This document shows positions 11,375 to 23,510 of a stretch of DNA of 64,000 nucleotides, piece by piece (the stretch's first letter is position 1; each line of letters begins with the position of its first letter). The stretch is from the NCBI GenBank assembly GCA_963798085.1, contig CAWCRS010000007.1, positions 1,696,001 to 1,760,000 on the forward strand, read 5' to 3'. A model generated the notes under the pieces. That model was given only the letters and a program-made list of their open reading frames with translations. It searched no databases and had not been told where the DNA came from. The position numbers and the translations under genes are program-made. This DNA comes from an uncultured Gemmatimonadales bacterium (GTDB taxonomy: Bacteria > Gemmatimonadota > Gemmatimonadetes > Longimicrobiales > RSA9).

Positions 11375-12748
11375 TCAGACGGATACTCCCTGTTGTCGCA
11401 GCCAGCCCTGCATGGTTTCCTGGATGTGCTGCAGCTGCGGTGTGGTTCGGGCTTCGAACCGCATGACCAGGACCGGCTGCGTATTGGAGGCGCGCAGCAG
11501 GCCCCAGCCGCCCTCGAACTTTACGCGCGCGCCATCCACGGCGATGACTTCGTGCGTGCGCCCGAACTCCGCTCCCGCCCGCCGCACAATGTCGAACTTG
11601 TTGTCCTCATTGACCTCGACGCGGATTTCCGGTGTGGAAACGTATTTCGGCAGCGCGTCGGTCAACTCGGCCAGCGTCCGGCCCGAGCGCGCCAGCAGTT
11701 CTGTCAGCCGGCATGCGCCAAACAGCGCGTCATCGAAGCCGTAGTAGTCTTCGCCGAAGCAGATGTGGCCGGAGAGTTCGCCGGCGATGGGCGCACCCAC
11801 CTCCTTCATCTTCTCCTTGATCAGCGAATGACCGGTCTTCCACATGATGGGCTCGCCACCGTGCGCGCGAAACACTTCGGGCAGCACCTCCGAGCATTTC
11901 ACATCGAACACCAGCTTCTGCGGCGCACCCAGCCGCTCCAGCACATCCAGGCCGAGCAGCAGCAGCAGCATATCGCCGCGGACGATGCGGCCGCTGCCAT
12001 CCACCGCGCCAATGCGATCCGCATCGCCATCGAACGCGACGCCGTAGTCGGCCTTCTGCTCGCGTACCGTGCGGATCAGGTCCGCGAGGTTCTCATCGAC
12101 GGTGGGATCGGGATGATGATTCGGGAAGGTGCCGTCGGATTCGCAGAAGATGCCGGTGACCTCCGCGCCGATGCGGCGCAGCAGCGCCGTGGCCACCAGG
12201 CTTCCGGTACCATTGCCGCAGTCGGCAACGACGCGCATCTGGTCGCGACAGGTGAAAGCGCGATCCCACGTCCTCGACATACGTCGCCAGCATCTCCTGT
12301 GCGGAAAGCCCGCCTGCACCATTCGCAAAGTCGCGTGCCTCGATGCGGCTGGCGCATGGCCTGGATCTCATTGCCGTACAGCGCGTGTCCCTGCACGATC
12401 AGCTTGAAGCCGTTGTACTCGGGCGGATTGTGCGACCCCGTGATCTGCACGCCGCCGTCCGTGCGCAGTTTCTCCGTCGCGTAGTACAACACCGGGGTTG
12501 GCACGGTCCCCACATTGATCACATCCACGCCCGCGGCACGCAGTCCGGCAACTACGCCAGCCGCCAGTGAAGGCGAGCTGGGTCGGTTGTCGTGACCCAC
12601 GGCAATGCGCGGGGCCGGCGTGCGGACTCGCGCCCGCACATCGCTGCCGAATGCGCGGCCGATAGACACGGGGAACATCGCCGGTGAGATCCTGCGCGAC
12701 GATCCCGCGTATGTCGTATTCACGGAAGATGTGTGCGTTCACCGCCAC
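11375..12748 (-). CDS. Phosphomannomutase/phosphoglucomutase, AlgC-like (frameshifted)
   Basis: IFREYDIRG, ITGSHNPPEYNGFK, FPNHHPDP, FDGDADR, GELSGH, RASNTQP. Confidence 0.93.
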
Positions 12749-12851
12749 GCGCCGCCTCCGGTGTCGTGTGGTTTCGCGGAATGTGGCGGGGCGCCCCGGT
12801 GGTCGTCAAACACGCAGGCCCGATGCCACGATGCGTGTGCTGACCGGCGCG

Positions 12852-14364
12852 TCAGCGAAACAGGAATCCGAAGGAAGCGGCCGGAACGTGCAGCAGAGCT
12901 GGCGGCGCTGCGTTCCGCCGCAGCCAGCACGCTGCCCGGGAAAATGCCCAGTGCGATCACTGCCACGGCTGCGACGGCAACCCCGACGCGCAGGCCGGTG
13001 GACAGCGGGGCCATGGCCGGCTGATCATCGCCGGGTTCACGGAACCACATGTACCATGCCACGCGCAGGTAGTACCAGTAGGAAAGGAGTGAGGCCATTA
13101 CGAGCACGACGGCGAGGAGCACGAGACCGCGCTCCACCGCGGCGCGCAGCAGGAAGACTTTCCCAATGAAGCCTGCGGTGAAGGGGAATCCCGCGAGCGA
13201 CAGGAGGAACACGGTCATGGCGGCAGCCAGCAGCGGCTGGCGCCAGCCAAGTCCGCTGTACGATTCCAGGTCCAGTCTGGCCTCGTGCATGCCGGCCACG
13301 GCAATGACCACGGCGAATGCACCCATGGTCATGATCGTGTAGACCAGCGCATAGAAGAGGAATGACGCGGCGCCCAGCGCACTGCCTGCCGCCAATGCCA
13401 CGAGCAGGTAGCCCGCGTGCGCAATGCTGGAGTACGCGAGCATGCGTTTGATGTTGCCTTCCACCAGCGCCACCAGGTTGGCCACCACCATCGTAATGAC
13501 GGCGAGCCACACGGCGATCGCATCCCACGTGTCGTAGAGACCGGGGAACGCGGTAAGAAACACGCGCAGGAAGGCGGCGAAGGCGGCGGCCTTGACCGCG
13601 GCCGCCATGAAGCCGGTCACGGGTGCGGGCGCTCCTTCGTAGGCATCCGGCGTCCACATGTGGAACGGCACCGCGGCAACCTTGAAGCCGAATCCCACCG
13701 CGAGCATCACGACACCGATGATCGAGCAGCGGGACTCGCGCCCAGTGCCATCCACGCCGGCGGCGAGGGCGATCGCACCAGGCTGGTCGTGCCGGTCGCA
13801 CCGAACACGAGCGCCACGCCCAGCAGGAAGAATGCGCTGGAGAACGCGCCCAGCAGGAAATACTTGAGCGCACCTTCCGCCGAGCGCACATCGCGACGGT
13901 TCACGCCCGTGAGCACGTACACCGGCACGGACATCAGCTCCAGCCCGATGAACATCGAGCATCAGATCGGTCGTGCCCGAGAAGATCATCATGCCCACGG
14001 TGGCGAACAGCACCAGCACATAGAGTTCGCCCAGCCGCAGATGCTCCTGCGACAGATAACGGCCCGAGATGAGCAGGAAGAACGCGACGGCCAGCAGAAA
14101 CACGTAGTTTGTGAAGACCCGGAATCCGTCCAGGGCAACAACGCCCTCGCCGTTGCCGTGCACGGTCAGCAGCCAGGTGTTGGCCGCCAGCGCCAGCAGC
14201 ACGCCGATGCCCGTCAGCAGTGTGATCGACGGTCGCGATGGATCGGGCCGGTCGCCTTTCTGAAACACGTCGACGAGCAGCACCAGCATGGCCCACACCG
14301 ACAGCACCACCTCGGGCAGGAGCGCCAGGGCGTACTGGCCGGGCTGCATCATGTCGAGGTTCAT
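12852..14364 (-). CDS. nuoN: NADH:quinone oxidoreductase subunit N (frameshifted; stop approximate)
   Basis: GLELMS, EGALKYFLLG, FKVAAVPFHMWTPDAYEGAP, KRMLAYSSIAHAGY. Confidence 0.93.
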
Positions 14365-15934
14365 TTCTGCCCTCGCGCGCTGCCCGCGGGAAGCTGCAGC
14401 GCGGCTGCCGACATGGAAGGCGCCCGGCGCTGGCCCACCGAGCGCACCAGTGCCGTGACCGAGGCTTCCATGCGCTCCAGCACAGGTCGGGGATAGCAGC
14501 CCAGCCAGATCATGCCCGCCAGCAGCGGCACGAGCACCGCCATTTCGCGCCGGCTCAGATCAGGCAGTGACCTGTTCTCGGGCTTGTCGAGCGAATTGAA
14601 CCAGACGCGCTGCACCATGGGCAGCATGTAATACGCTGCCAGGATGACGCCTGTCGCGCCGATCATGGCGGCGAACGGGTGCGTCTCGAACGTACCCAGC
14701 AGCGCCAGGAACTCGCCCACGAAGCCGCTCGTGCCCGGCAGGCCTATGCTGGCGAGCGCGGTCACCACGAACGCGGCCGCGAACATGGGCGCTACGGTGG
14801 CGAGTCCGCCGAAATCGGCGATCAGTCGGGTGTGCCGCCGTTCGTAGAGCATGCCGATGCAGCAGGAACATGGCGCCGGTCGACAGTCCGTGCGACAGCA
14901 TCACCATCAGCGCGCCCTGCAGGCTGGGAATCGTGACCGCGAACACGCCCAGCACCACGAAGCCCATGTGCGCCACCAATGTGTACGCGATCAGCTTCTT
15001 GGCATCCGGCTGCACGGCCGCGACCATGGCGGCGTACGTGATGCCCAGCAGTCCGAGCAGCAGCATCAGACCCACGATCAGCGGTTGCGTGGCCGCCTGC
15101 GGGAAGAACGGCAGCAGGAAGCGCAGAAAGCCGTAGGCGCCCAGTTTCAGCAGAACGGCGGCCAGAATCACGGAACCTGGCGTGGGTGCCTCCACGTGCG
15201 CATCGGGCAGCCAGGTGTGGAACGGGAACAGCGGGACCTTGATGGCGAAGGCAAGAGCGAACGCGCCGAACAGCCAGTACTGCTCGCCGAACGTCAGCTG
15301 CACGCGCAGCAGGTCCTCGTAGGCGAACGAGAGGTCGCCTGTCAGCGCGCGGTACTTGAAGAAGAGATAGAGTATGCCCACCAGCATGAGCAGTGAGCCG
15401 AACGTCGTGTAGAGGAAGAACTTCGATGGCCGCATACACCCGCCGCTGCCCGCCCCACAGGCCGATGATGAAGTACATCGGCACCAGCATGATCTCCCAG
15501 AACATGAAGAACAGGAACAGGTCGTTAGCGACGAACACGCCCAGCACGCCCGCTTCCAGCAGCAGCATCAGGGCGTAGAAGCTCCGTTCCCGCTCCCGGA
15601 TGTAGCGGAATGACGCCAGCAGCGTCAGCGGCATGAGGAACGTCGTGAGCAGCACCAGCATGAGGCTGATGCCGTCGATGCCCACGCGATAGTGGATGCC
15701 CCACTGCGGGATCCAGGCCACGTCTGCCGTGAACTGCATGCCGGCCGCGGCCGGATTGAACAGGAACCAGAGTGGCAGCGACAGCAGGAACTCCGCGGCC
15801 GCCAGCAGTGTCGCGAGCACGCGTGGCGTGCGGCCCACGCCCAGCAGCAGCAGTGCCGTGCCCAGCGCGGGCAGCAGCAGCAGCGCGCCGAGCACCCAGC
15901 TCGGATAACCCACCGACTGCAGCAGCCCGCTCAT
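14361..15934 (-). CDS. nuoM: NADH:quinone oxidoreductase subunit M (frameshifted)
   Basis: GIDGIS, FWEIMLVPMY, AIKVPLFPFHTWLPDAHVEAPT, GLPGTSGFVGEF. Confidence 0.94.
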
Positions 15935-17956
15935 CGCAGCACCATCAGCGCGAGGAGCAGCAGCACGCCGGCCACCACGGCGAACGCGTAGCTGTTCAGC
16001 TGGCCCGTCTGCAGTCGCGAGCCCACCCAGCCGAAGGCGCGCGCGGCGTACCCTGCCCCGTTCACCGTGCCGTCGATGAGGAAGCCATCGATGAAGCGTG
16101 CCAGCCCGCGCGAAAGCGCCATGATCGGGCGCACGATGAGCGCGTCGTAGATCTCATCGACGTACCACTTGTGGTAGAGCACACGCGCAAAGCCGCGCGG
16201 TTCGGGCGATGTCGCGGCCGGTTCGTACCTGTGACTGCCGATGATGCGCGCCGCCAGCAGGATGGTCCGCCACTGCCAGCGCGAACGCGATCAGCGCGCC
16301 CACACTCCCTCGCCGCCGCCGACCGGCGCCTGCTCCAGCGGGCGAGGCAGGTGTGTGAGTGCGATGTTGTCGGCGTGCGCCGTCACCGGGCTCAGCCACT
16401 CGAGCAGCCATTCCGAGGACGGCAGCCAGCCCAGCACGGGTGCCTGCGAAATCGATTCGGGAACGTTGATCCAGCCACCGACCGTGGACAGCAGCGCCAG
16501 CACCACGAGTGGTACCCACATGACGCGCGGCACTTCGTGCAGATGCTTGCGTTCGGCTTCACCCGTGCGGTTGCTGCCGTGGAACGTCATCACCATCAGG
16601 CGAGTCATGTAGAACGCGGTCAGCAGCGCCGCGAGCAGCGCCATGAGCCAGTCCAGGCGGAACCAGAAGCCTTGTGCACCCGTCGCGCGCGCGCCCACCT
16701 GCCAGATGATCTCATCCTTGGAGAAGAATCCGGCGAACGGCCATACACCGGAAATGGCCAGTGTCGCCACCCACATGCACGCCCAGGTGATCGGCAGGTA
16801 CCGGCGCAGGCCGCCCATGTTGCGCATGTCCTGCGCGTCCGCGTGGCTGTGCGTGTGATGCAGTGCACTGTGCATGGCGTGGATCACGGCGCCCGAACCC
16901 AGGAAGAGCAGCGCCTTGAAGAACGCGTGTGTCATCAGGTGGAAGATGCCGGCCGCGTAGGCGCCCACACCCACACCCACGAACATGTAGCCGAGCTGGG
17001 AAACGGTGGAGTACGCCAGCACCTTCTTGATGTCGTATTGCGCGAGGCCGATGGTGGCTGCGAACAGTGCTGTCAGCGCGCCCACGGTGGCCACCACGGT
17101 CCCGGACACGGGCGCCAGCGCGAAGAGCACGCCGGCCGGGCGACCAGGTAGACGCCGGCGGTGACCATGGTAGCCGCGTGGATCAGCGCACTCACCGGTG
17201 TGGGTCCGGCCATGGCGTCGGGCAGCCACACATACAGGGGAATCTGCGCGCTCTTGCCTACCGCGCCCAGGAACAGGAACAGCGTGAGCGCGGTGATGGC
17301 CGCGTCGCCGTACGCGAACGTGGCGGGCGCCTGCTGCGAAGATGCGCACGAAGTCGAGCGTGCCCACGTTCGCGTACAGCATGAACATCGCGATCATGAA
17401 GCCGACATCGCCAATGCGGTTCACGATGAAGGCCTTCTTGCCGGCGTCCGCCTTCGCCTGGTCCGTGAACCAGAAACCGATGAGCAGGTAGCTGCACAGT
17501 CCGACGCCTTCCCAGCCCACGAACATCAGCGGGAAATTCGCGCCCAGCACCAGTACCAGCATGAAGAAGACGAAGAGATTGAGATACGCGAAATAGCGCG
17601 CGTATCCCGGATCGTCTCCCATGTAGCCCACGCTGAACAGATGGATCAGGAAGCCCACGCCCGTAACGATCAGTGCCATCAGCACGGACAGCTGATCCAG
17701 CTGGAACGCCGCGTTCACGTGCAGGCTGCCGGCAACCAGCCACTGCCAGTAGGTCTGCACGATCGGTCCCGCGATCTTCGGCGCCGCGCAGTCGCAGGAA
17801 GTTGGTCAGCGCGATCAGGAACGCGGCGCCTATCATGGCCGGCCCCACGACCGTGGGGATGCGCTTGCGCTGCGGCGCGAGGAACGCTGCCGCGCTGTTG
17901 ATCACGAAACCGAGCAGCGGCAGAACCGCAATGGCCCAGAAGAAAAAGGGCTCCAC
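15931..17956 (-). CDS. nuoL: NADH:quinone oxidoreductase subunit L (frameshifted)
   Basis: [57 protein letters not shown]. Confidence 0.94.
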
Positions 17957-17957
17957 G

Positions 17958-18251
17958 TTACCAGCGCAGCAGGTTGAAGTTCTTCATGTCTACCGTCTCC
18001 GTGAGACGGAAGATCGAAATGATGATGGCAAGACCCACGGCCGCTTCGGCGGCGGCCACGGTCATGACGAAGAAGACGAAGACCTGCCCCTGAATGCCGA
18101 TGGTGGTCGACAACGCGACAAACGCCAGGTTCACTGCATTGAGCATCAGCTCGATGCAGAGAAACAGGATGATGGCATTGCGCCGGAAGATCACGCCCGC
18201 CGTGCCAATGGCGAAGAGGATGGCCGACAGCACGAGCGACTCGGTGACCAC
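17958..18251 (-). CDS. nuoK: NADH:quinone oxidoreductase subunit K
   Basis: RRNAII...[10 protein letters not shown]...[12 protein letters not shown]. Confidence 0.95.
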   Translation of the reverse strand: MVTESLVLSAILFAIGTAGVIFRRNAIILFLCIELMLNAVNLAFVALSTTIGIQGQVFVFFVMTVAAAEAAVGLAIIISIFRLTETVDMKNFNLLRW

Positions 18252-18252
18252 G

Positions 18253-18768
18253 TCACACCCTCCGTTTCGCAAGGATCACGGCGCCCACAATGGCCACGAG
18301 CAGCAGGATCGAAGTCAGCTCGAACGGCAACAGGAAGTTGCGGTACAGCGGGTCGGCAATGGCTCCGACGGCGTTCAGCTCCGTCGACAGCCGCATCGAT
18401 CTTTGCGGCTCCGCCCGCTGTACCACCGCCTGGGGCGCCATGACCGCGTGCGACACGGCCCAGCCGATCATGCCGGCGGCGCTGAATCCCAGCACCACCC
18501 AGCCGCCGCTGCGCATGTCCGACCGGTAGTCGTGGCCCAGGTTCAGCAGCATGATGACGAACAGGAAGAGTACCAGAATGGCGCCCGCGTAGACGATCAC
18601 CTGCGCCACGGCAATGAAATGCGCGCCCAGCAGCACGTAGATGCCGGCGAGCGAGAAGAACGTGAGCACCAGGAACATGAGACTGGCGACCGGATTGCGC
18701 CGGGTAACGGTCCCGATGCCGCCGCCAATCGCGACGGATGCGAACACCCACCAGATGAATTGCGTCAT
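18253..18768 (-). CDS. nuoJ: NADH:quinone oxidoreductase subunit J
   Basis: [36 protein letters not shown]. Confidence 0.95.
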   Translation of the reverse strand: MTQFIWWVFASVAIGGGIGTVTRRNPVASLMFLVLTFFSLAGIYVLLGAHFIAVAQVIVYAGAILVLFLFVIMLLNLGHDYRSDMRSGGWVVLGFSAAGMIGWAVSHAVMAPQAVVQRAEPQRSMRLSTELNAVGAIADPLYRNFLLPFELTSILLLVAIVGAVILAKRRV

Positions 18769-19262
18769 TGGCCGAGCGGATCCTCCGGATCCCACAGTGC
18801 CGTGACCGGGTGGTCCTGCGCCATCAACCGATCCAGGTCGTAGATGAAACGCTCGCGCGTGAATTCCGCATTCTCGTAATCCTGACCGACGTGGATCGCT
18901 TCCACCGGACAGACTTCCTGGCACATGCCGCAGAAGATGCAGCGGAATTCGTCGATCTCGTAAACCACCGGATAGCGATTCCCCTGATCATCCTCGCCCG
19001 GCACCAGGCGAATGCAGTTGGCCGGGCATATGGTCGGGCAGAGTCCGCAGGCCACGCACTTGGGCCGCCCGTCCGCGTGCACCGCCATGCGATGGGTGCC
19101 CCGCCAGCGCGGCGAAAGTGGTGCCTTTTCGTCCGGGTACTCGAGTGTGACTTTGCGCGGCCGGATCAGATGGCGGAACGTCAGCGCCATGCCGCGCATC
19201 GAGGCGCGCAGGTACGATGTGTTGACCTCGGGCCTGCGCACCACTTTCACCGCAATTGCCAT
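18765..19262 (-). CDS. nuoI: NADH:quinone oxidoreductase subunit I
   Basis: Two CxxCxxCxxxCP motifs (CVACGLCPTICP; CIFCGMCQEVCP). Confidence 0.96.
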   Translation of the reverse strand: MAIAVKVVRRPEVNTSYLRASMRGMALTFRHLIRPRKVTLEYPDEKAPLSPRWRGTHRMAVHADGRPKCVACGLCPTICPANCIRLVPGEDDQGNRYPVVYEIDEFRCIFCGMCQEVCPVEAIHVGQDYENAEFTRERFIYDLDRLMAQDHPVTALWDPEDPLGQ

Positions 19263-20581
19263 CAGTCCTCCCTCGCCGCGCTGCTCGTGGCCTCGGCGCG
19301 GCGCACGCGGTGCAGGGTCACGCCTGCGGGCAATCCGGCCGCCGCACGCCGCTGCGGCTTCTCCGTACCGCTGATGATGTGGTCCCGGTCGATGAGCCTG
19401 TGGAAGACCAGTGTAGCCACGCCCGTCACGGCCGTGAGGATCAGTCCATAGAGTGGAATGCCGTGCCAGAAGCCGTAGGGCAGCCCGGTCTGGTCCAGCA
19501 CGAGGATGGTCGTGCCGATCAGCGCGATGTACCCGAGCGCAGTGGGCAGCAGCACCTTCCAGCCGAGATGCATCACCTGGTCATAGCGGAAACGCGGCAC
19601 GGTCCAGCGGATCCACATGAACACGAACACGAAGAACAGCGTCTTGATCGTGAAGCTGATGAACGTCAGCACTGTCTTCCACCATGCCGGGCTGGCGCCC
19701 AGGATCACGCCTGGCGCCACCACGTACATGTTGTCGCCCCGCCAGAAGGGAATGTCCCAGCCGCCCAGGAACAGCGTGGCCATGAGTGCGGAAGACGTCA
19801 GCATGTTGGCGTATTCGGCAATGAAGAACATGCTGAACTTCATCGACGAATACTCGGTGTGATAACCGGTGACCAGCTCGGACTCCGCTTCCGCCAGATC
19901 GAAGGGCAGGCGGTTGGTCTCGGCCAGCGCCGAGATCACGAACAGCACGAAGGAGAGGCTGAGCGGAAAGATCAGCCAGATGCCCAGCTCCTGCTGCTGC
20001 GTCCAGATGATGTGCGTCAGCGTCACGTTGCCGGCCAGCATGAAGACAGGCACCAGGCTCATGCCCAGTGACACTTCGTAGCTGACCATCTGCGCGCTCG
20101 CGCGCAGGCCGCCCAGGAACGCGTACTTGTTGTTGGATGCCCAGCCCGCCATCACGATGCCGTAGACGCCGAGACTCGTGAGCGCCAGCACGTACAGGAC
20201 GCCGATGGGCAGGTCGGCGATGATCATGTCGACGAGGCCCCATGGCGTGGGCAGCGGTGCGGCGAACGGCACTACCGCGAAGGTCACGAGGGCCGGCCCG
20301 ATGGCGAACATCGGCGCGAGGATGAAGAACACGCGCGATGCGCGCAGCGGGTACGTCTCTTCCTTCACCAGGTTCTTGAGACCATCGGCGAACGGCTGCA
20401 GCAGGCCGCGCGGTCCCACGCGATTGGGACCCATGCGATCCTGGATCCACGCCGAGATGCGTCGCTCCGCCAGCGTCAGCATCGCCACGGTGACCATCAC
20501 CACGGTGAACACGATGATGATCTTCAAGACGCTGAAGACCAGGAACATCGTTTCCGACAGCGTCCCGACCTGGTGCTGCAT
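19262..20581 (-). CDS. nuoH: NADH:quinone oxidoreductase subunit H
   Basis: ERRISAWIQDRMGPNRVG, GLLQPFADGLK, AETNRLPFDLAEAESEL, PRFRYDQ. Confidence 0.96.
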   Translation of the reverse strand: MQHQVGTLSETMFLVFSVLKIIIVFTVVMVTVAMLTLAERRISAWIQDRMGPNRVGPRGLLQPFADGLKNLVKEETYPLRASRVFFILAPMFAIGPALVTFAVVPFAAPLPTPWGLVDMIIADLPIGVLYVLALTSLGVYGIVMAGWASNNKYAFLGGLRASAQMVSYEVSLGMSLVPVFMLAGNVTLTHIIWTQQQELGIWLIFPLSLSFVLFVISALAETNRLPFDLAEAESELVTGYHTEYSSMKFSMFFIAEYANMLTSSALMATLFLGGWDIPFWRGDNMYVVAPGVILGASPAWWKTVLTFISFTIKTLFFVFVFMWIRWTVPRFRYDQVMHLGWKVLLPTALGYIALIGTTILVLDQTGLPYGFWHGIPLYGLILTAVTGVATLVFHRLIDRDHIISGTEKPQRRAAAGLPAGVTLHRVRRAEATSSAARED

Positions 20582-22179
20582 CAGTCGCCTCCCGCCGTTT
20601 CCAGCAGGGCCGGCTCGCGCAGCATGGCGCCGCGCGCGCCCACGATCTCCCAGGACAATCCGGCAAACGCGTCGCAGCTCTCGCCCAGCATCAGGAATGC
20701 GTGTGCGCCATCCGCGGGCGCGCCACCGGCATCCAGCCCGGCCAGCAGCACGCCCGCCACCTGCCACGCCGGTCGCGCCCCGGACGGCGGCCGCACGGCG
20801 GGCCAGAAGCGCTGCACGCGGCCTTCGTGATTCACGAACGTGCCATCGGCTTCGGCAAACGTTGTGACCGGCAATGTGAAATGCGCGTGACGCAGCGCCG
20901 GCGTGGCGGCGTGCGCGAATGCGACGAACAGCGTTGCATCAGAGGCGAAATCCTCACCCGCATCCGCGAGCGGATCCCCCAGCACGAGCACCACGCGGCC
21001 GCTGGTCTGCGGCAGGCCAGCCGAGCCCGCATCGTCGCCTGCACGACGGAAGCCCAGCGCGTCCAGGCCGCGCACGTTGGCCGCCAGGTCACGCCGCCTC
21101 GCCAGGCGAGGGAAACCCGGGCAGGCTTCTTCCGCCGCCGCACGCGGCGAGCGGTACACCGCCTCCACCCGGCCCAGCGACTGCGCCAGCCGCAATAACA
21201 GCCCGTTATCCTCGTTGCCCAGCAGCGCCGAGCCGATGAGCAGCACGTCTGCGCCGCCACCCAGCTTCCTGAGACGCTCCACCAGCTGCAGCACCGCCGG
21301 CTGCCAGCCCAGCGGCTCCGCCCCTTCCGTTCCCGGCACCAGCGGTGCCGGAACGCGGTTCTCCATGTTGATCCACTCGTAGTGGTGGCGTCCGTAGTCG
21401 CACATCCAGTACGAGTTCACATCGGGATTCAGGCGGGGCCGCAGGCGCATCACGAGGTCGTCGCGCGCATCGAGGCGAATGTTGCAGCCCTGCGAGCAGT
21501 TGGGGCACACCGAGGGCGTGCTGTCCAGATCCCAGACCCGGGCCTTGTGCAGGAAGTCCTTCGAGAGCAGCGCACCCACCGGGCAGATGTCGACCACATT
21601 GCCCGCCCATGCGTCGCCTTCCACGCCCTCATCGAAGAACGTGTCGATGACCGAGCGGTTGCCGCGCTGCACCACGCCCAGTCGGTCCGATTGCGAGATC
21701 TCGCGCATGAAGCGCACGCAGCGCGTGCACATGATGCAGCGATCGCCGTCGTAGAGGATGTCGCCCCCCAGGTCGTCCTGCCCGAGTACGCGCTTGGGCT
21801 CGACCGAGCGACCGTGCCGGCGGCCCTCCGCGTGCACGAAATCCTGCAGCCGGCATTCGCCCGACTTGTCGCACACGGGGCAGTCCAGCGGGTGATTCGC
21901 CAGGTAGAACTCGAGATTCCCGCGGCGGGCCTCTCTCGCCTTCTCGCCCTCCGTGTGGATGACATTGCCCTCGGCGACCGGTGTCACACACGCGGGCAGC
22001 AGCTTGGGCGCACCTTCGACTTCCACCAGGCACATGCGGCACATGGCCGGCGCGGACAGTGCCGGGTGATAACAGTAGTTTGCGATGCCGATGCCCGCCT
22101 GCTCGGCCGCTTCGATGATGCGCGTGCCTTTGGCGACCTCGATCTTCCTGCCGTTGATCGTGCAGTTGACCGTATCCAT
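20581..22179 (-). CDS. nuoG: NADH:quinone oxidoreductase subunit G (short, 532 aa)
   Basis: CYHP...CRMCLVE, NHPLDCPVCDKSGECRLQD, RCIMCTRCVRF, CPVGAL, CPNCSQGC. Confidence 0.94.
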   Translation of the reverse strand: MDTVNCTINGRKIEVAKGTRIIEAAEQAGIGIANYCYHPALSAPAMCRMCLVEVEGAPKLLPACVTPVAEGNVIHTEGEKAREARRGNLEFYLANHPLDCPVCDKSGECRLQDFVHAEGRRHGRSVEPKRVLGQDDLGGDILYDGDRCIMCTRCVRFMREISQSDRLGVVQRGNRSVIDTFFDEGVEGDAWAGNVVDICPVGALLSKDFLHKARVWDLDSTPSVCPNCSQGCNIRLDARDDLVMRLRPRLNPDVNSYWMCDYGRHHYEWINMENRVPAPLVPGTEGAEPLGWQPAVLQLVERLRKLGGGADVLLIGSALLGNEDNGLLLRLAQSLGRVEAVYRSPRAAAEEACPGFPRLARRRDLAANVRGLDALGFRRAGDDAGSAGLPQTSGRVVLVLGDPLADAGEDFASDATLFVAFAHAATPALRHAHFTLPVTTFAEADGTFVNHEGRVQRFWPAVRPPSGARPAWQVAGVLLAGLDAGGAPADGAHAFLMLGESCDAFAGLSWEIVGARGAMLREPALLETAGGD

Positions 22180-22214
22180 CGCGTTCCCGGCGCTCCGTTC
22201 GGCTGGCCGTCGCG

Positions 22215-23510
22215 TCAGACGCCGGCCAGCGCCGCTTCGCCGCGGCGGAGGCGTGCGTCGTATTCGCTGCGGAACTTGTTCAGTGAGCTGATGATCGGCG
22301 CCGCCGCCGAATCACTCAGCACGCAGATGGTCGTGCCCGTCATGTTGCGGCCCAGTTCGACCAGTGTTTCGATGTCCGCCTCCGTGCCATCGCCTGCCTC
22401 AATGCGGCGCAGGATCCTCGCCATCCACGCGGTGCCTTCGCGACACGGCGTGCACTGCCCGCACGATTCGTGGGCGTAGAACTCGACGATGCGACGCACC
22501 TGCTTCACCATGTCGGTGCGATCATCCATCACGATCACGGAAGCCGTGCCAAGCATGCTCCCCGCTTTCGCGACACTCTCGTAATCCAGCGCTATGTCGA
22601 TCTCATCGGCGCTCAGGATGGGAACCGAGCTGCCACCCGGAATCACCGCCTTGAGCTTGTGCCCGTCGCGGATGCCACCGCAAACATCGTAGATCAGTTC
22701 CTTGAGATTGAAGCCCAGCGGAAACTCGTAGTTGCCGCGGCGCACGAGGTGGCCCGACAGGTTGAACAGCTTGGTGCCCGGGCTCTTCTCCGTGCCGAAC
22801 GAGCGATACCAGGCAGCACCGTTACTTACGATGTGCGGCACCGCGCACAGCGTCTCCACGTTGTTGATGGTGGTGGGCTGCCCGAAAGCGCCCACCGCGG
22901 CGGGGAACGGCGGCTTGATGCGGGGCTGGCCGCGCCGGCCCTCGAGTGAATTCATGAGCCCGGTCTCTTCGCCGCAGATGTAGGCGCCCGCGCCCAGGTG
23001 CAGCGTGATGTCGATGGCATTGCCGGACCCCATGACATCATCGCCGGCAATACCCGCGGCATAGACCTCCTCGATCGCGCGTGCCACGATCTGCGCCGGC
23101 TCGAAGAATTCGCCGCGTATGTAGATGTAGACGTGCCGGGCTCGGATCGCGAACGCGCCGATCAGTGCACCTTCCAGCAGCTGGTGCGGAGTCCAGCGGC
23201 ACAGCTCACGGTCCTTGAAGGCGCCCGGCTCGGACTCGTCGGCATTGATCAGCAGGTAATGCGGCTGGCGCTTGTCGTCCTTGGGCATGAAGGTCCACTT
23301 GAGACCTGTCGGAAACCCGGCGCCGCCGCGGCCGCGCAGACCGCTGCCCTTCACTTCCTCGACCACTTTTTCGCGACCGATCTCCAGCGCCTTGCGCAGC
23401 GCTTCGTAACCGCCGCGTTTCTTCCAGCCTTCGAGTGTGCGCGCCTCCGGCTCGCCGAAGTGCGCACTCAGGATGCGCGTTTCCTTTTCGTGCCGATAAG
23501 GGTAGGCCAT
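22215..23510 (-). CDS. nuoF: NADH:quinone oxidoreductase subunit F
   Basis: GLRGRGGAGFPTG, NADESEPG, GAYICGEET, ESCGQCTPCREG. Confidence 0.97.
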   Translation of the reverse strand: MAYPYRHEKETRILSAHFGEPEARTLEGWKKRGGYEALRKALEIGREKVVEEVKGSGLRGRGGAGFPTGLKWTFMPKDDKRQPHYLLINADESEPGAFKDRELCRWTPHQLLEGALIGAFAIRARHVYIYIRGEFFEPAQIVARAIEEVYAAGIAGDDVMGSGNAIDITLHLGAGAYICGEETGLMNSLEGRRGQPRIKPPFPAAVGAFGQPTTINNVETLCAVPHIVSNGAAWYRSFGTEKSPGTKLFNLSGHLVRRGNYEFPLGFNLKELIYDVCGGIRDGHKLKAVIPGGSSVPILSADEIDIALDYESVAKAGSMLGTASVIVMDDRTDMVKQVRRIVEFYAHESCGQCTPCREGTAWMARILRRIEAGDGTEADIETLVELGRNMTGTTICVLSDSAAAPIISSLNKFRSEYDARLRRGEAALAGV

